Of a stretch of DNA of 64,000 bases, positions 9,788 through 20,703 are shown piece after piece (the first letter of the stretch is position 1; every line of letters starts with the position of its first letter). The stretch lies in NCBI GenBank assembly GCA_963662465.1, contig OY759599.1:7200001-7264000 (forward strand). The letters are read 5' to 3'. Both the position numbers and the translations under genes were made by a program. The notes below the pieces were generated by a model, which was not told the origin of the DNA, made no database searches, and saw nothing but the letters and a program-made list of their open reading frames with translations. This DNA comes from Desulfatiglandales bacterium. Its GTDB lineage: Bacteria > Desulfobacterota > DSM-4660 > Desulfatiglandales > Desulfatiglandaceae.

Positions 9788-10768
9788 ATGATGAATGCGG
9801 AAATTCCAAATCTTGCATTGTTTGAAGAGCATTTTGAGAAGATTAACCGGGAGTTGGACAAGGTATTTAAGTCCCGTGTCCCCCTGGTTGAAGAAATCGG
9901 GAAATATGCCCTCCTGGGCCAGGGAAAACGGCTCAGGCCGCTCATTTTTATCCTTTCCAGCCAATTATGCGGTTATCAGGGTAAGAATTTGTATCCTCTT
10001 TCGACGGTCTTTGAGTATATTCACACCTCTTCTCTTCTTCATGACGATGTCCTGGACAATGCTGAAATCCGGAGGAGGAAGCCCTCCTCTAATCAAATAT
10101 GGGGGAATCAGGCGGCAGTGCTGGAGGGGGATTTTCTGTTTTCCAAAGCCTTGTCCATTGCGGTTTCAGCCAATAGTATCCCCTTCATAGCAGCGCTTAC
10201 CAATGCCACCATGCACATGTCGGAAGGGCAAATACTGGAATTGATTCACACCGACGATCTGGAAACCGGGCGGGACAGTTATCTGAAGATCATCGCTGCC
10301 AAAACCGCCATTCTGATTTCAGCGGCGTGCGGTTGCGGGGCCATTGTTTCGGGAAGTGATGCCGATACGGAAGCGGCTTTGACCCGGTTTGGTCGGTCCG
10401 TGGGCATTGCCTTTCAGTTGGTGGATGACCTTCTGGACTATACCTCTTCAGAAGAAATATTCGGAAAGCCGGTGGGAAAAGATTTGCTGGAAGGAAAAAT
10501 TACGCTTCCCCTTATTTACACCCTAGCTGAACTTGAACCCGATGAAAAAACGAAATTTGCGGCGTTGTTCAAAAACCGCAAAGCAGATCAGGATGCCTAT
10601 CAAACGTTGCTGGATTGGGTGAGGCGTGGCGAGGTTCTGGGAAAAGTCAGGGAAGAAGCACAGGGGTATGTAGATGATGCAGCCATGTGCCTGAAAAGGT
10701 TCCCCGATTCTTCGGTCAAGGCAAGCCTGTTGACGCTTATCCAATACATTATTGATCGGACCTACTGA
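9788..10768 (+). CDS. ispB: Polyprenyl (octaprenyl-like) diphosphate synthase
   Basis: GKRLRP, LLHDDVLD (FARM), FQLVDDLLD (SARM), GKxTLP. Confidence 0.88.
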   Translation: MMNAEIPNLALFEEHFEKINRELDKVFKSRVPLVEEIGKYALLGQGKRLRPLIFILSSQLCGYQGKNLYPLSTVFEYIHTSSLLHDDVLDNAEIRRRKPSSNQIWGNQAAVLEGDFLFSKALSIAVSANSIPFIAALTNATMHMSEGQILELIHTDDLETGRDSYLKIIAAKTAILISAACGCGAIVSGSDADTEAALTRFGRSVGIAFQLVDDLLDYTSSEEIFGKPVGKDLLEGKITLPLIYTLAELEPDEKTKFAALFKNRKADQDAYQTLLDWVRRGEVLGKVREEAQGYVDDAAMCLKRFPDSSVKASLLTLIQYIIDRTY

Positions 10769-10789
10769 GAAACCGGTTTGACCTCACCA

Positions 10790-11554
10790 TCAGATTTGGA
10801 GTTGCAGTAGATCTTCTCCCAGGGTGAGTTCTCCATTCCAGGTCCTTCGGCATTGGGTTGCAATGTCCGTTTTTAAACATTCTGGATAAAAGTGCGTCAA
10901 AACCAGACGTTTGACTCCGGCAAGGCGGGCCATGCAACCGGCCAGGGAAGGGGTGAGATGCCCCTCCATGGGATGATCGTCGGGAAAGGCCGCTTCAAGA
11001 ATTAGAAGGTCCACGTCCTTTGCCAGGTCAATGATACTTTCGCAGAAACCCGTATCACCGGAGAAAACCACCCGTTTTCCCACCCTGTTCTCGATTCGGT
11101 AGGCAAGGCTGTTGGGCGTATGGTTGCTGGGAGCGGTCTTCAAAGTGAAATTGCCATAATCCCGTTCATTGCTGCCGTCAGTCTCCAGTTCTTCAATCTG
11201 CATGATTTCCGAGGGGATATCCAGCCATTGAGGATAAGCGCATTGAAGGGTGTGGATGAATGTCCGAAGCCCGGTAGGGCCGTATAGGGTAAAGGGAGAC
11301 CTTGTTTTCAAGACGTTCGGATTTTTGGTCGCAAATAAAAAATGGATCAGATCCGCTGTATGGTCCGGATGAAAATGGGTGATAAATACGCTCCCTATTT
11401 TTTCGTGCGAAATGCCCAACCGCACCAACTGACGCAGGGTTCCCGGACCCATATCCAACAGGATGGGGCGATCGTCAACAAACACGGCGACGGAAGGGGA
11501 AGCCCGATCTTTTATGGGGATGGCGGTGCCCGAACCTAAAATGACGACTTGCAT
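10790..11554 (-). CDS. MBL-fold metallo-hydrolase, RNase Z-like
   Basis: LGSG, THFHPDH, SGDT, GHL, LTHFYP motifs. Confidence 0.85.
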   Translation of the reverse strand: MQVVILGSGTAIPIKDRASPSVAVFVDDRPILLDMGPGTLRQLVRLGISHEKIGSVFITHFHPDHTADLIHFLFATKNPNVLKTRSPFTLYGPTGLRTFIHTLQCAYPQWLDIPSEIMQIEELETDGSNERDYGNFTLKTAPSNHTPNSLAYRIENRVGKRVVFSGDTGFCESIIDLAKDVDLLILEAAFPDDHPMEGHLTPSLAGCMARLAGVKRLVLTHFYPECLKTDIATQCRRTWNGELTLGEDLLQLQI

Positions 11555-11615
11555 GTTTTAACTCCCTGGCAGCTTTGAATTTTTATTGTGAATTTTGAGG
11601 AGAAAAGTAAAGCCC

Positions 11616-12278
11616 ATGTTTTCCATGTCATCTTTCCATCAGAAATATAAAACCGATATCTCGCCCCTTGTCATTGGGGATCGCCGGTTTCAATTTTTTG
11701 TTCCCAAATCCCTCGATCCTTTTTTGGATCCCGATGATGTCTTCAAGGAGTTTCCCCTGTGGAGTAAAATATGGGAAGCATCCATTGTTCTGGCCAATCA
11801 CATGGCGGCCATGCCCGTTGACCCCCCAAAGCATCTGTTGGAAATCGGCTGCGGCATCGGTCTGGTGGGGGTTGTCGCCGCCGGTTGCGGGCATCGGATC
11901 ACCATGACCGAGTATAATCAGGATGCCCTCAATTTCGCACGGGCCAACGCTCGTGTCAACCATACTTCCGAATCCTCGGAACTTAATATTACCGAGCTGG
12001 ACTGGACAAAACCGGGCCTTGTGGGGAAATTTGACATGATATTGGGCTCGGAAGTGATCTATAAAGAAGAATATTTTGAGCCCCTTCTTGGGTTGTTCAA
12101 ACGCTATTTAAAACCCGGGGGGGAAATCATCCTGGCTGAGGGTCTCCGGAAAACGAGCTTGGAATTCTTTAAAAGGATGTCGGATATTTGCGATATTACG
12201 GCCCGGAAAAGGATACTGCGCTCAGAAGGTAAGGAAAAGCGGATTATTCTGGCCGGCATGCGGTTTAAAAATGCTTAA
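11616..12278 (+). CDS. Class I SAM-dependent methyltransferase (protein-lysine/NNMT-like)
   Basis: PLWSKIW, LEIGCGIG, LDW, GSEVIY motifs. Confidence 0.85.
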   Translation: MFSMSSFHQKYKTDISPLVIGDRRFQFFVPKSLDPFLDPDDVFKEFPLWSKIWEASIVLANHMAAMPVDPPKHLLEIGCGIGLVGVVAAGCGHRITMTEYNQDALNFARANARVNHTSESSELNITELDWTKPGLVGKFDMILGSEVIYKEEYFEPLLGLFKRYLKPGGEIILAEGLRKTSLEFFKRMSDICDITARKRILRSEGKEKRIILAGMRFKNA

Positions 12279-12307
12279 AAAGGACAAAACCCGAACCAGT
12301 TGTTTTG

Positions 12308-12488
12308 TTATGGCACGCGGTTCAGGACCTTTTCAAAGAGTATGTTCAGATAGTCTTTGTCGTCATCCACAAAAAGAACATGATTTTGGGTGAAGTCTTC
12401 CTTTTCAGCGCGCGCGTCGCTCCACGATTTTTTGATGTCGTCAAATTTTGAAACAGACAAAATGAATGCATTCAGATTCACCTTGTAA
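12308..12488 (-). pseudogene. res: Detached 3' end of type III restriction subunit gene
   Basis: Joins in frame to the part ending at 16785 across the TTGTAA duplication: ..REKSDY|KVNLNAFILSVSKFDD..NRVP*. Confidence 0.85.
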
Positions 12489-12796
12489 CTTATCGTTCGC
12501 GTTTTAAATTTGCACTTCGATTAATTTCGAAATCTGGTAGAGGGTACCTCTCTTGGCAGGGGGAAAAGTTATTTCCGGAAAGCCTACCAGGAGTCTTTTT
12601 GAGCAACATGCATCCATGGGTTAGTAAAGCCTGAAAAACAACACACGTCGAATATTGGAACAACACAATAGGGCAGAAAATGGAATGGATCGTGCGTAAA
12701 ACACCATCGTTCCATATCTCCAACAATCATATAAATTGTCGTAAAATCTGTATTTCAATTGTGACAACCTGTAAGGACTATGACGATAATATTTTA

Positions 12797-13110
12797 CTAT
12801 TGCATAACTTCTAAATTATCGTATATAGAAGTGCTAAGTCCAAAGTGTTTTAGAATTTCACGTTGCAATTGAGAAAGTGGGGTTAGATGTCTTATCACAC
12901 TATCTCCTGTTTCAATTATCGTTAATGTAATTTTGCTGAAAGCATTTAATAGCTTCTCACACGTTGGATTGTTCGTAGCTTTCTTGGGATTTCCCAGGTG
13001 CAATCCAACAAGCTTTTCGTCGCTTCTTGCTAATGAGCGGCGAACAACAAATTCAACCAGAGTAATTACCCTGACTCCTATCATCAGAAGATGCGTTATT
13101 CCTTTAACTT
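12797..13110 (-). pseudogene. IS1634-family transposase, C-terminal fragment
   Basis: QVKGITHLLMIGVRVITLVEFVVRRSL..PTCEKLL..LTPLSQLQREIL; rejoins in frame as REDE|QVKG. Confidence 0.85.
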
Positions 13111-13174
13111 GAAAGCATAGGAATTTCCATTTTTGATTTGGCATATCAAATAGTTGTTGCAGTGATGGCATCAA

Positions 13175-14509
13175 ATGTGTCAAAAAAAGCACATTATGCA
13201 TATGCCATCAAACCAAAAAATTGATAAGGAGACTTTCCGGACGATTTTTATTGATCATTGGGAATCATTCAAAGAGCATCATCCAGGGTATGATAATTCG
13301 CAATATGAAGATCCGGTTCAGAAAATGCTTGGTTGCGGCAAGGAAAGCGCCGGATATAGCGAGCACCGGTGTGTTTATTGCGGTGGTGATGTTCGCCGGA
13401 TAGGTTTTAGTTGCAAGAGCTGTTTTTGTTTATCCTGCGCCAAGAAATATGTTGACGATTTTGTCAGTCAAGTGAGTAGGGTGCTTCATGGGGGCATGAA
13501 TTACCGTCACATTGTTTTGACAATTCCCGAGCAACTGAGAATCGTTTTTTATAAGGCTCGAAATGATGGACGTTTGTTATCGGCTTTTATGAGATGCGGG
13601 TACGAATGTTTGGAGGATGTTGTCGGAACGGTTCTTCGGCGGAAACTGAAAATAGGAACGATCGTCGTTGTTCAAACGCATGGTCGATCCGGTCATTATA
13701 ATCCGCATTTGCATATCATCATGACAAGCGGTGGGATAAATGAAGATCTGTGCGGTTGGTTTGATTTAAGGTTCTTCAAGTATGAGATTATACATAAGAA
13801 ATGGCAGTATCATCTATTCAGAATGCTCAAGTCCCATTTTAACAGCAGTGCGGTCGATAAACTTATTGATGAGCTGTGGAAAAAATACCCTAAAGGTTTG
13901 GTAGCCAATGTGAGCAAGGGTAATGTTCCTGAGACATGTGGGGGTCTGGCGCGATATTTGGCGAAATATGTTGCATCTCCTCCGATAGCTCTGAGACGGA
14001 TAATCAGTTATGATGGCCAATATGTTACCTATTGGTACAATGATCACATGACAAAATCCAGGAAGGTTGAAACCGTGGAAGTGGATGTTTTTATCGGTCG
14101 AATGGTTCAACACATAATGCCCAAAGGGTTCCAGCGGGTTCGTTATTATGGGCTACAGGCTACGAAAACTTTTAAGAAATGGTCGGAAGTAATACGGAAA
14201 GGGATGAAGGCTTTGGGGCGTGGGATTAAAGGAACGTATCAAGTCGTAAAAGCGAAAAGATATCGAGAACGTTATAAGGAGATCAGCTCTCAAGATCCTT
14301 TTTTGTGTCGTTATTGTGGCCATGAAATGGTGCTATGGAAGATATGGCATCCAAAATATGGAGTTTTATATGACGAATATGAAAACATCAAAAACGACAG
14401 GTACGGCACGGTTACAGGACAAAATGACAGCGGGGGTGGAAGGCGAGGACTTCCCGTTCGGCCCTCCTCCGGAGGAATATCCTTACCGTTGTTCCCATTG
14501 CCGGCATGA
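13175..14509 (+). CDS. IS91-family Y2/HUH transposase
   Basis: N-terminal Zn-binding CKSCFCLSC, HIVLTIP, NPHLH (HUH), YLAKY (Y2), RVRYYG; true start may be 13196 or 13202. Confidence 0.93.
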   Translation: MCQKKHIMHMPSNQKIDKETFRTIFIDHWESFKEHHPGYDNSQYEDPVQKMLGCGKESAGYSEHRCVYCGGDVRRIGFSCKSCFCLSCAKKYVDDFVSQVSRVLHGGMNYRHIVLTIPEQLRIVFYKARNDGRLLSAFMRCGYECLEDVVGTVLRRKLKIGTIVVVQTHGRSGHYNPHLHIIMTSGGINEDLCGWFDLRFFKYEIIHKKWQYHLFRMLKSHFNSSAVDKLIDELWKKYPKGLVANVSKGNVPETCGGLARYLAKYVASPPIALRRIISYDGQYVTYWYNDHMTKSRKVETVEVDVFIGRMVQHIMPKGFQRVRYYGLQATKTFKKWSEVIRKGMKALGRGIKGTYQVVKAKRYRERYKEISSQDPFLCRYCGHEMVLWKIWHPKYGVLYDEYENIKNDRYGTVTGQNDSGGGRRGLPVRPSSGGISLPLFPLPA

Positions 14510-14660
14510 AATGAAGGTAAATGAAGCGATAATAGACGTCGAGATTGCAAAAGCAGAATATGAAGGAAGGAATGTGGAAGGCTTTATGCCCATTCTCGGT
14601 TGCCCTCAGTGCAATCGAGAAACAATGAAATATGCGCAAGGTAGAAAGCCCGCGCGTTAG
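14424..14660 (+). CDS. Small putative zinc-ribbon protein at the 3' end of the IS91 element
   Basis: 78 aa with CSHC and CPQC pairs; overlaps the transposase 3' end; stop codon inside the terminal palindrome. Confidence 0.55.
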   Translation: MTAGVEGEDFPFGPPPEEYPYRCSHCRHEMKVNEAIIDVEIAKAEYEGRNVEGFMPILGCPQCNRETMKYAQGRKPAR

Positions 14661-14668
14661 CGCGCTAA

Positions 14669-16457
14669 GTTCATCTTCCCTTTTTACGTAAAATGGAGCG
14701 ATGTTTAGCCTACTTTTCAGTCGGTTAAATATTCGTTCAACCCGGTATTGTTTTCGATAAGACCTAACTACATCAATAAAATCAAGTCGCTCCTTTGATA
14801 CATCTGTAACATAGGCCTTCCACCCATACTTCTTCTTCTCCGCATCTATTGCTTCCTTAATCCGTGTCACTTTTGTTATTTGATAACGTATTCTTTCTTC
14901 AACCTTTTTCTCTCTTTTGACACTCCCTCTACCTTTACCAATATATTTCGTTTTACTTTCTACTTCCCGCACATATTCATATTTAAGGAAATCTTTCACC
15001 CTATGTTTTTTCAAAATCGATTTTGCTGATTCTATTAATTTTTCTCTTTCTTTGATCTGCCTTTTCCCCGGGCCTCTTGGTGGTGTCAGAGCATATAATT
15101 TTTCCTCGGCGCTTTTAAGCCGTCGTTCCAATCCCAGTTCTTTTTGCTTTTCATACGCTGGTGATTTTACAATCAATACGCGTTCCTTCCATTTCAGCAC
15201 TTTTCCATTTATTTCACCAGATTGGTTACGCTCTATCTCATACCCTTTTGCTTTCAGTTCCTCTTGACCTTTATCGTCTTGGACGATGTACTTTATCAAC
15301 TCGTTCTTTTTGTCTTTCAAATTTCCTTCATCTATCCATTTCTCCATATATTCTGGGGTTTTCCCAGTATTAGGCAATGGACATAAGTAATGTCCTTCCG
15401 CTTTTTCCTTAATGTGTAAACGATTTTCAAGAGAACTCAGTTTGCAATCGCCCACATAAAGGACACCTTGTTTCTGGAGCATAGAGTGAATGCGACTTAT
15501 GATAGGTGCATACAATTTGTCATCGGCCATTTGCCCTGGAACAACATCCGTGGCTAACGGCATCCCAAGAGGATCCAGCGAACCCGTCATGATTTTTATT
15601 TGCGGTCTATTGGGGTCGTCTTTACTAACACCAAATTGGAATATCCCACCTTCAACTGTTTTGTGGTAGCCGGATACAGTCGTAGCATCAACCCTGACAG
15701 TTTCTTCCGGCAACTCATATGCTTCAATCGTATTGCCACTTATTCTCTCTTCAACTTTGCTCCAAATATCGTTATCGCTTAAATACCTGGCAAGATTCGC
15801 TAAACGATCGTCTGTGAAATCATTTTCGGAGATTATCAATCCTGTTAATTCGATTAAGGTATGCCGCATTCCAGATACATATTCCCGGACGACTACTTTG
15901 CGATGGTCTCCCTCCGATAACATATATGCCAACCATATAACAGCCGTCCATCCCCAGCTCAAATCTCTTTGGTTCTTTTGAACTGGGATGTGTTGGTCTA
16001 TAGCTTCTTGTATACCCATTTTCACCATGGCCTTTATCAATAGGGGTATATCGTCAACTCTTTCTGCTGTAACGTTAATCTTTTTGACCTTTTTCCTTTT
16101 GTTTGCAATGTGAGAGGCATCATCATCCGATGATAGAGTTCCCTCACGCTTTTTCTTGGCAGTTTTCGTTTTATTTGATTTTTTCTTTTTTTTTCGTTTC
16201 CTTACAGGTGCTGATTTTTTACCTTCTTCCAGCCTGTTTCGTTCAAGCTTTGGGATTTTCTGCCGATCATTCTTCTGACCGAAAGGTCTGGGTTGATTTT
16301 CAGATTGACCAGTTTGTTGATTTGATGATGCACCGGCATTTATATTATTTCCAGTACCTGCTGAAACAGGTGATGCCTGCACCTTTGAAAAACTGCAAAA
16401 CCAAACCAAAAAACACACTGATGCGAAAATGAACACATGCGTCACATGTCGGTTCAT
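14669..16457 (-). pseudogene. IS1634-family transposase, N-terminal part (interrupted by IS91)
   Basis: ERVDDIPLL, DDRL, RVDATT, FGxSKD, YVGDCKL, Y---YRVERIFNRLKS; reconstructed ORF 2103 nt (700 aa). Confidence 0.9.
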
Positions 16458-16784
16458 ATAGTTCCCCTGTTATTTCAAGTGGTTGTAATGTTGGGAAACT
16501 AATATAATACAAACAGCTGTGAATGTCCATCGTTATTCCAGCATGTTATCGTATTGTTTTTGAATCCATTAAAAAATAATAATAGCTATGAATTACGACA
16601 ATTTCGAATCAATCTATCAAGGCGCTCGTTCCTGTTCCCCTTATGGGCCTGTATCCTTACCGGGGATGTACTACCAATGCCTCTGATATCGTATTTTATC
16701 GTGGAGATGTTGTTCCGCCAAGTAAGTGCTGCCTGCCTCCTCGGCAAAATTTGCAGAACTTATTTTTAAAACGCGAACGATAAG

Positions 16785-19700
16785 TTGTAATCTGACTTTT
16801 CTCTGCTGAGTTGTTTATTGACGGCTTCATTAATTTCCTGAATGGTTTGAGCGCAGAAATGAATTTTGTTATCCTGAAAGTTGCCGAGCATCCGTATCCC
16901 TTTGGGATCGAGAAAATAAATGTTCTGTTCTTTTTCTTCGATCACCCAGAGGATAAAATCGGGATAAAAAGAAGCGCTTTCGACGAAAAAGCCGATGCCT
17001 CGCTGTGAAAGGTTTCGTAAAATAAATATTTCTTTGCCTTTCAACCGGTCAGCTATGGATATCAGATAGGCTTTCAGGTGTTTCAAAAATCTTGTTTCTC
17101 CTTCGTTCAGCTTTACGGGAATGGTTTTAATGGATTGATATTTCTTTCCTTTTCTCCAAACATTTCTTTCCAAACAGGATGATAGGCTTTCAGGTGTTTC
17201 AAAAATCTTGTTTCTCCTTCGTTCAGCTTTACGGGAATGGTTTTAATGGATTGATATTTCTTTCCTTTTCTCCAAACAGCGATGGGGGAATACAGGTGAT
17301 GGTCAAAATGAAGGGTCGGAATGGCATCCACATCCTGTTGGTAGAATTTTTCAATATCTTTCAGCATTAATGCCATTTCGGCGGCATATTCCACAGGCGC
17401 TTTTACAACCATCCTTTGATTTTCAGGGAAAAGTTCTGGATAATTGGCGGCCGTGAGCAGGTGAGGGGAAATATGTCGTGTCAGGAAGTCTTTTTCTTGA
17501 TCCGCATAATATTTGTTCACGTAATCTTTAAGCACATTCCCGGCAATGTCACTCACTTTTCCAGCGACTGCCTCCAGCATACCGAATTGACCTTCATGGC
17601 TTAATATCCTGTAGCCGGGACTTCTTAAAATTTCTTTCAGCCTTTCTTTGCGTATCATCAGGTTTGAATATCCGCGCAACAACTTATACCGGTTGGTTTC
17701 GAGAAACAGGGCATTGAAATCGATGAATTCAAAGAATTTGTAGAGTAGATTATCAGTATAGGGTTCCCCTTCTTCCGCTGCCTGGTTATTGAAACCATAG
17801 GCTGCAACGTTTATTTTTGTGCGGAGGTCCACTGTGATTCGTTTCAGGATATTGACGTTCACTTTTAAATCCAAAGTAGTGTCTTTGAATCTGTGCTTTT
17901 CGGCTGTTTTAAAAGTCAGCACTTTGCCATTCCAGTCGTCTTCTTTATTAAAGTGTATCTTGATATCAAAATCCCGATAGTCCGGCGTCTCCTTTTCGAT
18001 GCTTTTCAGAAAATGATTCATATAGGAGGCATTCAGCCCGAAAATTGAAATGCTTTGGAGGGTCCGCAGGTAATAAGGGGCGGAAGCGTTTTCCCGCTTT
18101 AGAGACAGGTCTTTTCCTTTTAATCGAACCCCTCTGCCGAAGAGTTGAATGATTTGAGGACCTTCCTTTAAACCCATGTTCAACAACCCCATGCTGGACA
18201 CTCGCCATGAGTTCCAGCCTTCAATGAATTTCTTGGAGCCGATGAGAATATTGACCGTCGAAGCGGAGCTCGATATATCGTGGAAAAGGGGTTCGCTGAA
18301 ATTATCGTCCTTTACCTGTAAGCCGTTGCCTCCGCCTTCCTGCAATTTTTTTATGAATTTGGAAACATCGCCGATATTGATAACGGCAAAATACGTCTCT
18401 CCCATATGGGTTTTCAAGCCGATTTCACCATCCGCACGTTTGATTTGAAAGGCTTCCAAACCGCCGGCGCCATGAAAAACCCTGGTTAAAATTTCCGAAA
18501 CTTCGGGTTTAATTTGCTTCAGAGACAGAAAGCGGTTTTTGAAGATATCTTCCCCATCCGCATTGACAAGGTTTGCCCTACCTTCAAGGATACTGTCAAT
18601 ATCGGTTTGTAGATCTCCGGGCGATGATAGGGCATATTGAAAATAGCGAATAATGCGTGTGACATCTGAGATGTTCTGTTGGTCCGTTTGGGTAAGACTT
18701 GAGGATCGGTTGCCGATGACCTTGCTGCCTACGAAAACCCACAAGGGTCTTTCAATGTTGTATGCCAGAAGTTCGTTTCGGTGTTTTTCAAACAACGACA
18801 ATTGTTCGTAGAATCCCAGTAAACCGGCTGTCAACAGGAGCCTGGTTTGCGCTTCGCTGTAGTCGTTTTTAGCTTCGATGTTGTAAACCGCAAAATCTTT
18901 GCCATAGCCGTCCGAATAGAAATAGCGGTATGAATAGTCGAAAATAATGGTTTTGCCGTATTCGTTCAACAAATCTGCTGTGCGGTTGGTAATGATTTGA
19001 CCAAAGGTCGCTGAATATTCAAACGTAAAGGATCCGTTCCCTCTGGTAAGATGTTCTCTGAGTGATTTCCATGTTTTTTCTTCCGACCGTTGCCCTTTGT
19101 GTCCCTCATCGATGAAAACAAGATTCTTTGATTCGGAAAAATAATCCACGTCGATACTGACGCCTTCTCCCTCCTTGTCCTTGACCAGCTTGGTGATTTC
19201 AAGAATCAGCACCTGACCGTTTTCGGTTTTGAGACTTTCTTCGCTGCCGGAATAAAGTTTTGCATTGATTCCGCTCTTTTTGAAACTGTCATAATGCTGT
19301 CGGCTCAAACCCTCGTTGGGCGTTATGAGAAGGATATTTTCCGCTTCCTTGAAGTATTTCCGGGTCTGCCGGTAATTACAGTGCATGATCAGGGTTTTGC
19401 CGCTGCCTGTCGCCATCCAGTAGGCCAGTTTTTTCAGGTCATCTTCAGCAAAATCCGTGATTCGGCTGAAATCCTCATCTGAATTCTTGAATGCATTCAA
19501 CGAAAGGATAAAAGAATCTTTATTTGACGTTATTTGCTCAAAGTAGAATTCAGTAAAAAGTAGGGCAAAATATTGGAAATATTTAAACGTAAAGAAAGGT
19601 TCGCTTCTGTTTTGACGCAATCGATCTTCATAGCTTTTGATGGCTTCATCATAGTGGAGCAGCGTCCGATCGTCGACGACCTTTGGTTTTCCGAGAATTG

Positions 19701-19839
19701 ATCCGATATAATAGCTGCGTCCGGTGGCATCATAGCCGGATTTCATAGTATTGAAACCGTCGTGCAGGTCTTCCAAATCATCAAAACCGAATTGATTCAG
19801 GATGTATCGAAAGAGTACGAGTTGTTTGCTGAGCCGCAT
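16785..19839 (-). pseudogene. res: Type III restriction endonuclease (Res) subunit, disrupted
   Basis: MATGSGKT, DEGH, YSATF, QLFGRGVRL helicase motifs; FYPDF..LDPKG nuclease motif; frameshifted by a 116-bp duplication and split by the MITE; reconstructs to 1037 aa. Confidence 0.92.
17065..17278. repeat. 98-bp perfect direct repeat with 18-bp spacer inside res
   Basis: Copies at 17065-17162 and 17181-17278; period 116 nt causes a frameshift. Confidence 0.92.
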
Positions 19840-19841
19840 TG

Positions 19842-20697
19842 TCAGGAGACCATCCTGTTTTTAAAGACTTCTTCCGTGGGGAGGTAACCTTCAAAATGGG
19901 CCTGCCCGTTTATGTATAGGAGATCATAACTGAAGGATGCCAGTTCCTTCTTGAGGACCTGAGCGTCGCTTTTATAATCTTCAAGATGCCAGTCTTTGAT
20001 GTTTCGCCAGACTGCCAGAATATGTTTGTTGCCGTTGTCGTTGCCGTAAACAAACTGATACCGTTTGTCGTTGATTTCTTTGGTAATGCATTTTTGCATA
20101 TGAAGGCCGATCAGATAGTTGAAAGTTTCCAGGATATCAATTGCCTGTTCAGTATCGTAGGTGAAACCGTCCCAGACTCTCAACTTATAGTTCCAGGGGT
20201 CGAACATGGCTTCAATGTTAACAAAGGTCTGACTGTCGCGGGTTTCAAACTCCAGGAAATATTTGGGTATGTAGTCTTCAAGTGCGAGGGTTTTTTGAAG
20301 GGTTGCGTCATCCTTATCAAAAGCAATGTTTTCCAGGGCTTCTTCATATTGTTCCAAGCGTTGGTATTTGAAAAAGATGCCGAGCCCATTCATGCTTTGG
20401 TTTTTAGGTTTGCCTTCTTTCCAGTCGAAAGTGTAGGCGATTTTTTTGATGCGGGGGATGATTACTGTGTACACATAGTTGTCTTGTTCAATAAGGATGC
20501 ATATTCTTTTCTGTTGATCGTCCTGGTTAAGTTTAAGTACCGCATCAAATGTAGTTCCGGAACCAGGAAAAAAATCAAGGATTATTGCTGGTGTTTCAAT
20601 TGCGCCGGAGGCCCTTATACAGTCAAGAACCAGTTTCCTCGCTTTTGGAAAGTCGAATGCTTTGTTCCCAAAAAGCTCTTTCAATTCGGCAGCGCCA
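19842..20697 (-). pseudogene. mod: Type III Mod methyltransferase, C-terminal part
   Basis: FDFPK, LDFFPGSGTT (motif I), FKYQRLEQYEEAL. Confidence 0.9.
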
Positions 20698-20703
20698 TAA
20701 TTG

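Larger units (their letters stand above)
13111..14668 (+). mobile_element. IS91-family rolling-circle element (1558 bp)
   Basis: Inserted without TSD immediately 5' of GTTC (14669-14672); terminal palindrome TTAGCGCGCTAA (14657-14668); hairpins at the left end; removal restores the IS1634 transposase frame. Confidence 0.88.
12730..16607 (-). mobile_element. IS1634-family element nested in the MITE
   Basis: Inner IR core AAATTGTCGTAA (12733-12744) / TTACGACAATTT (16593-16604), flanked by (A)ATCA at 12725-12729 and 16607-16611; encloses the IS1634-type transposase. Confidence 0.7.
12489..16784. mobile_element. MITE-like element (414 bp once nested elements are removed), 20-bp perfect TIRs, 6-bp TSD
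   Basis: CTTATCGTTCGCGTTTTAAA (12489-12508) / TTTAAAACGCGAACGATAAG (16765-16784); TTGTAA at 12483-12488 and 16785-16790. Confidence 0.88.

Noticed and set aside
12308..12480. HVLFVDDDKDYLNIL read as a response-regulator receiver remnant
   Set aside because: It is the in-frame C-terminus of Res once the TTGTAA-flanked insertion is removed
12680..16783. 73-aa ORF formed when the MITE halves are rejoined (MEWIVRKTPSF..LKRER)
   Set aside because: No recognisable motif or RBS; the stop is simply part of the TIR, so it is likely spurious
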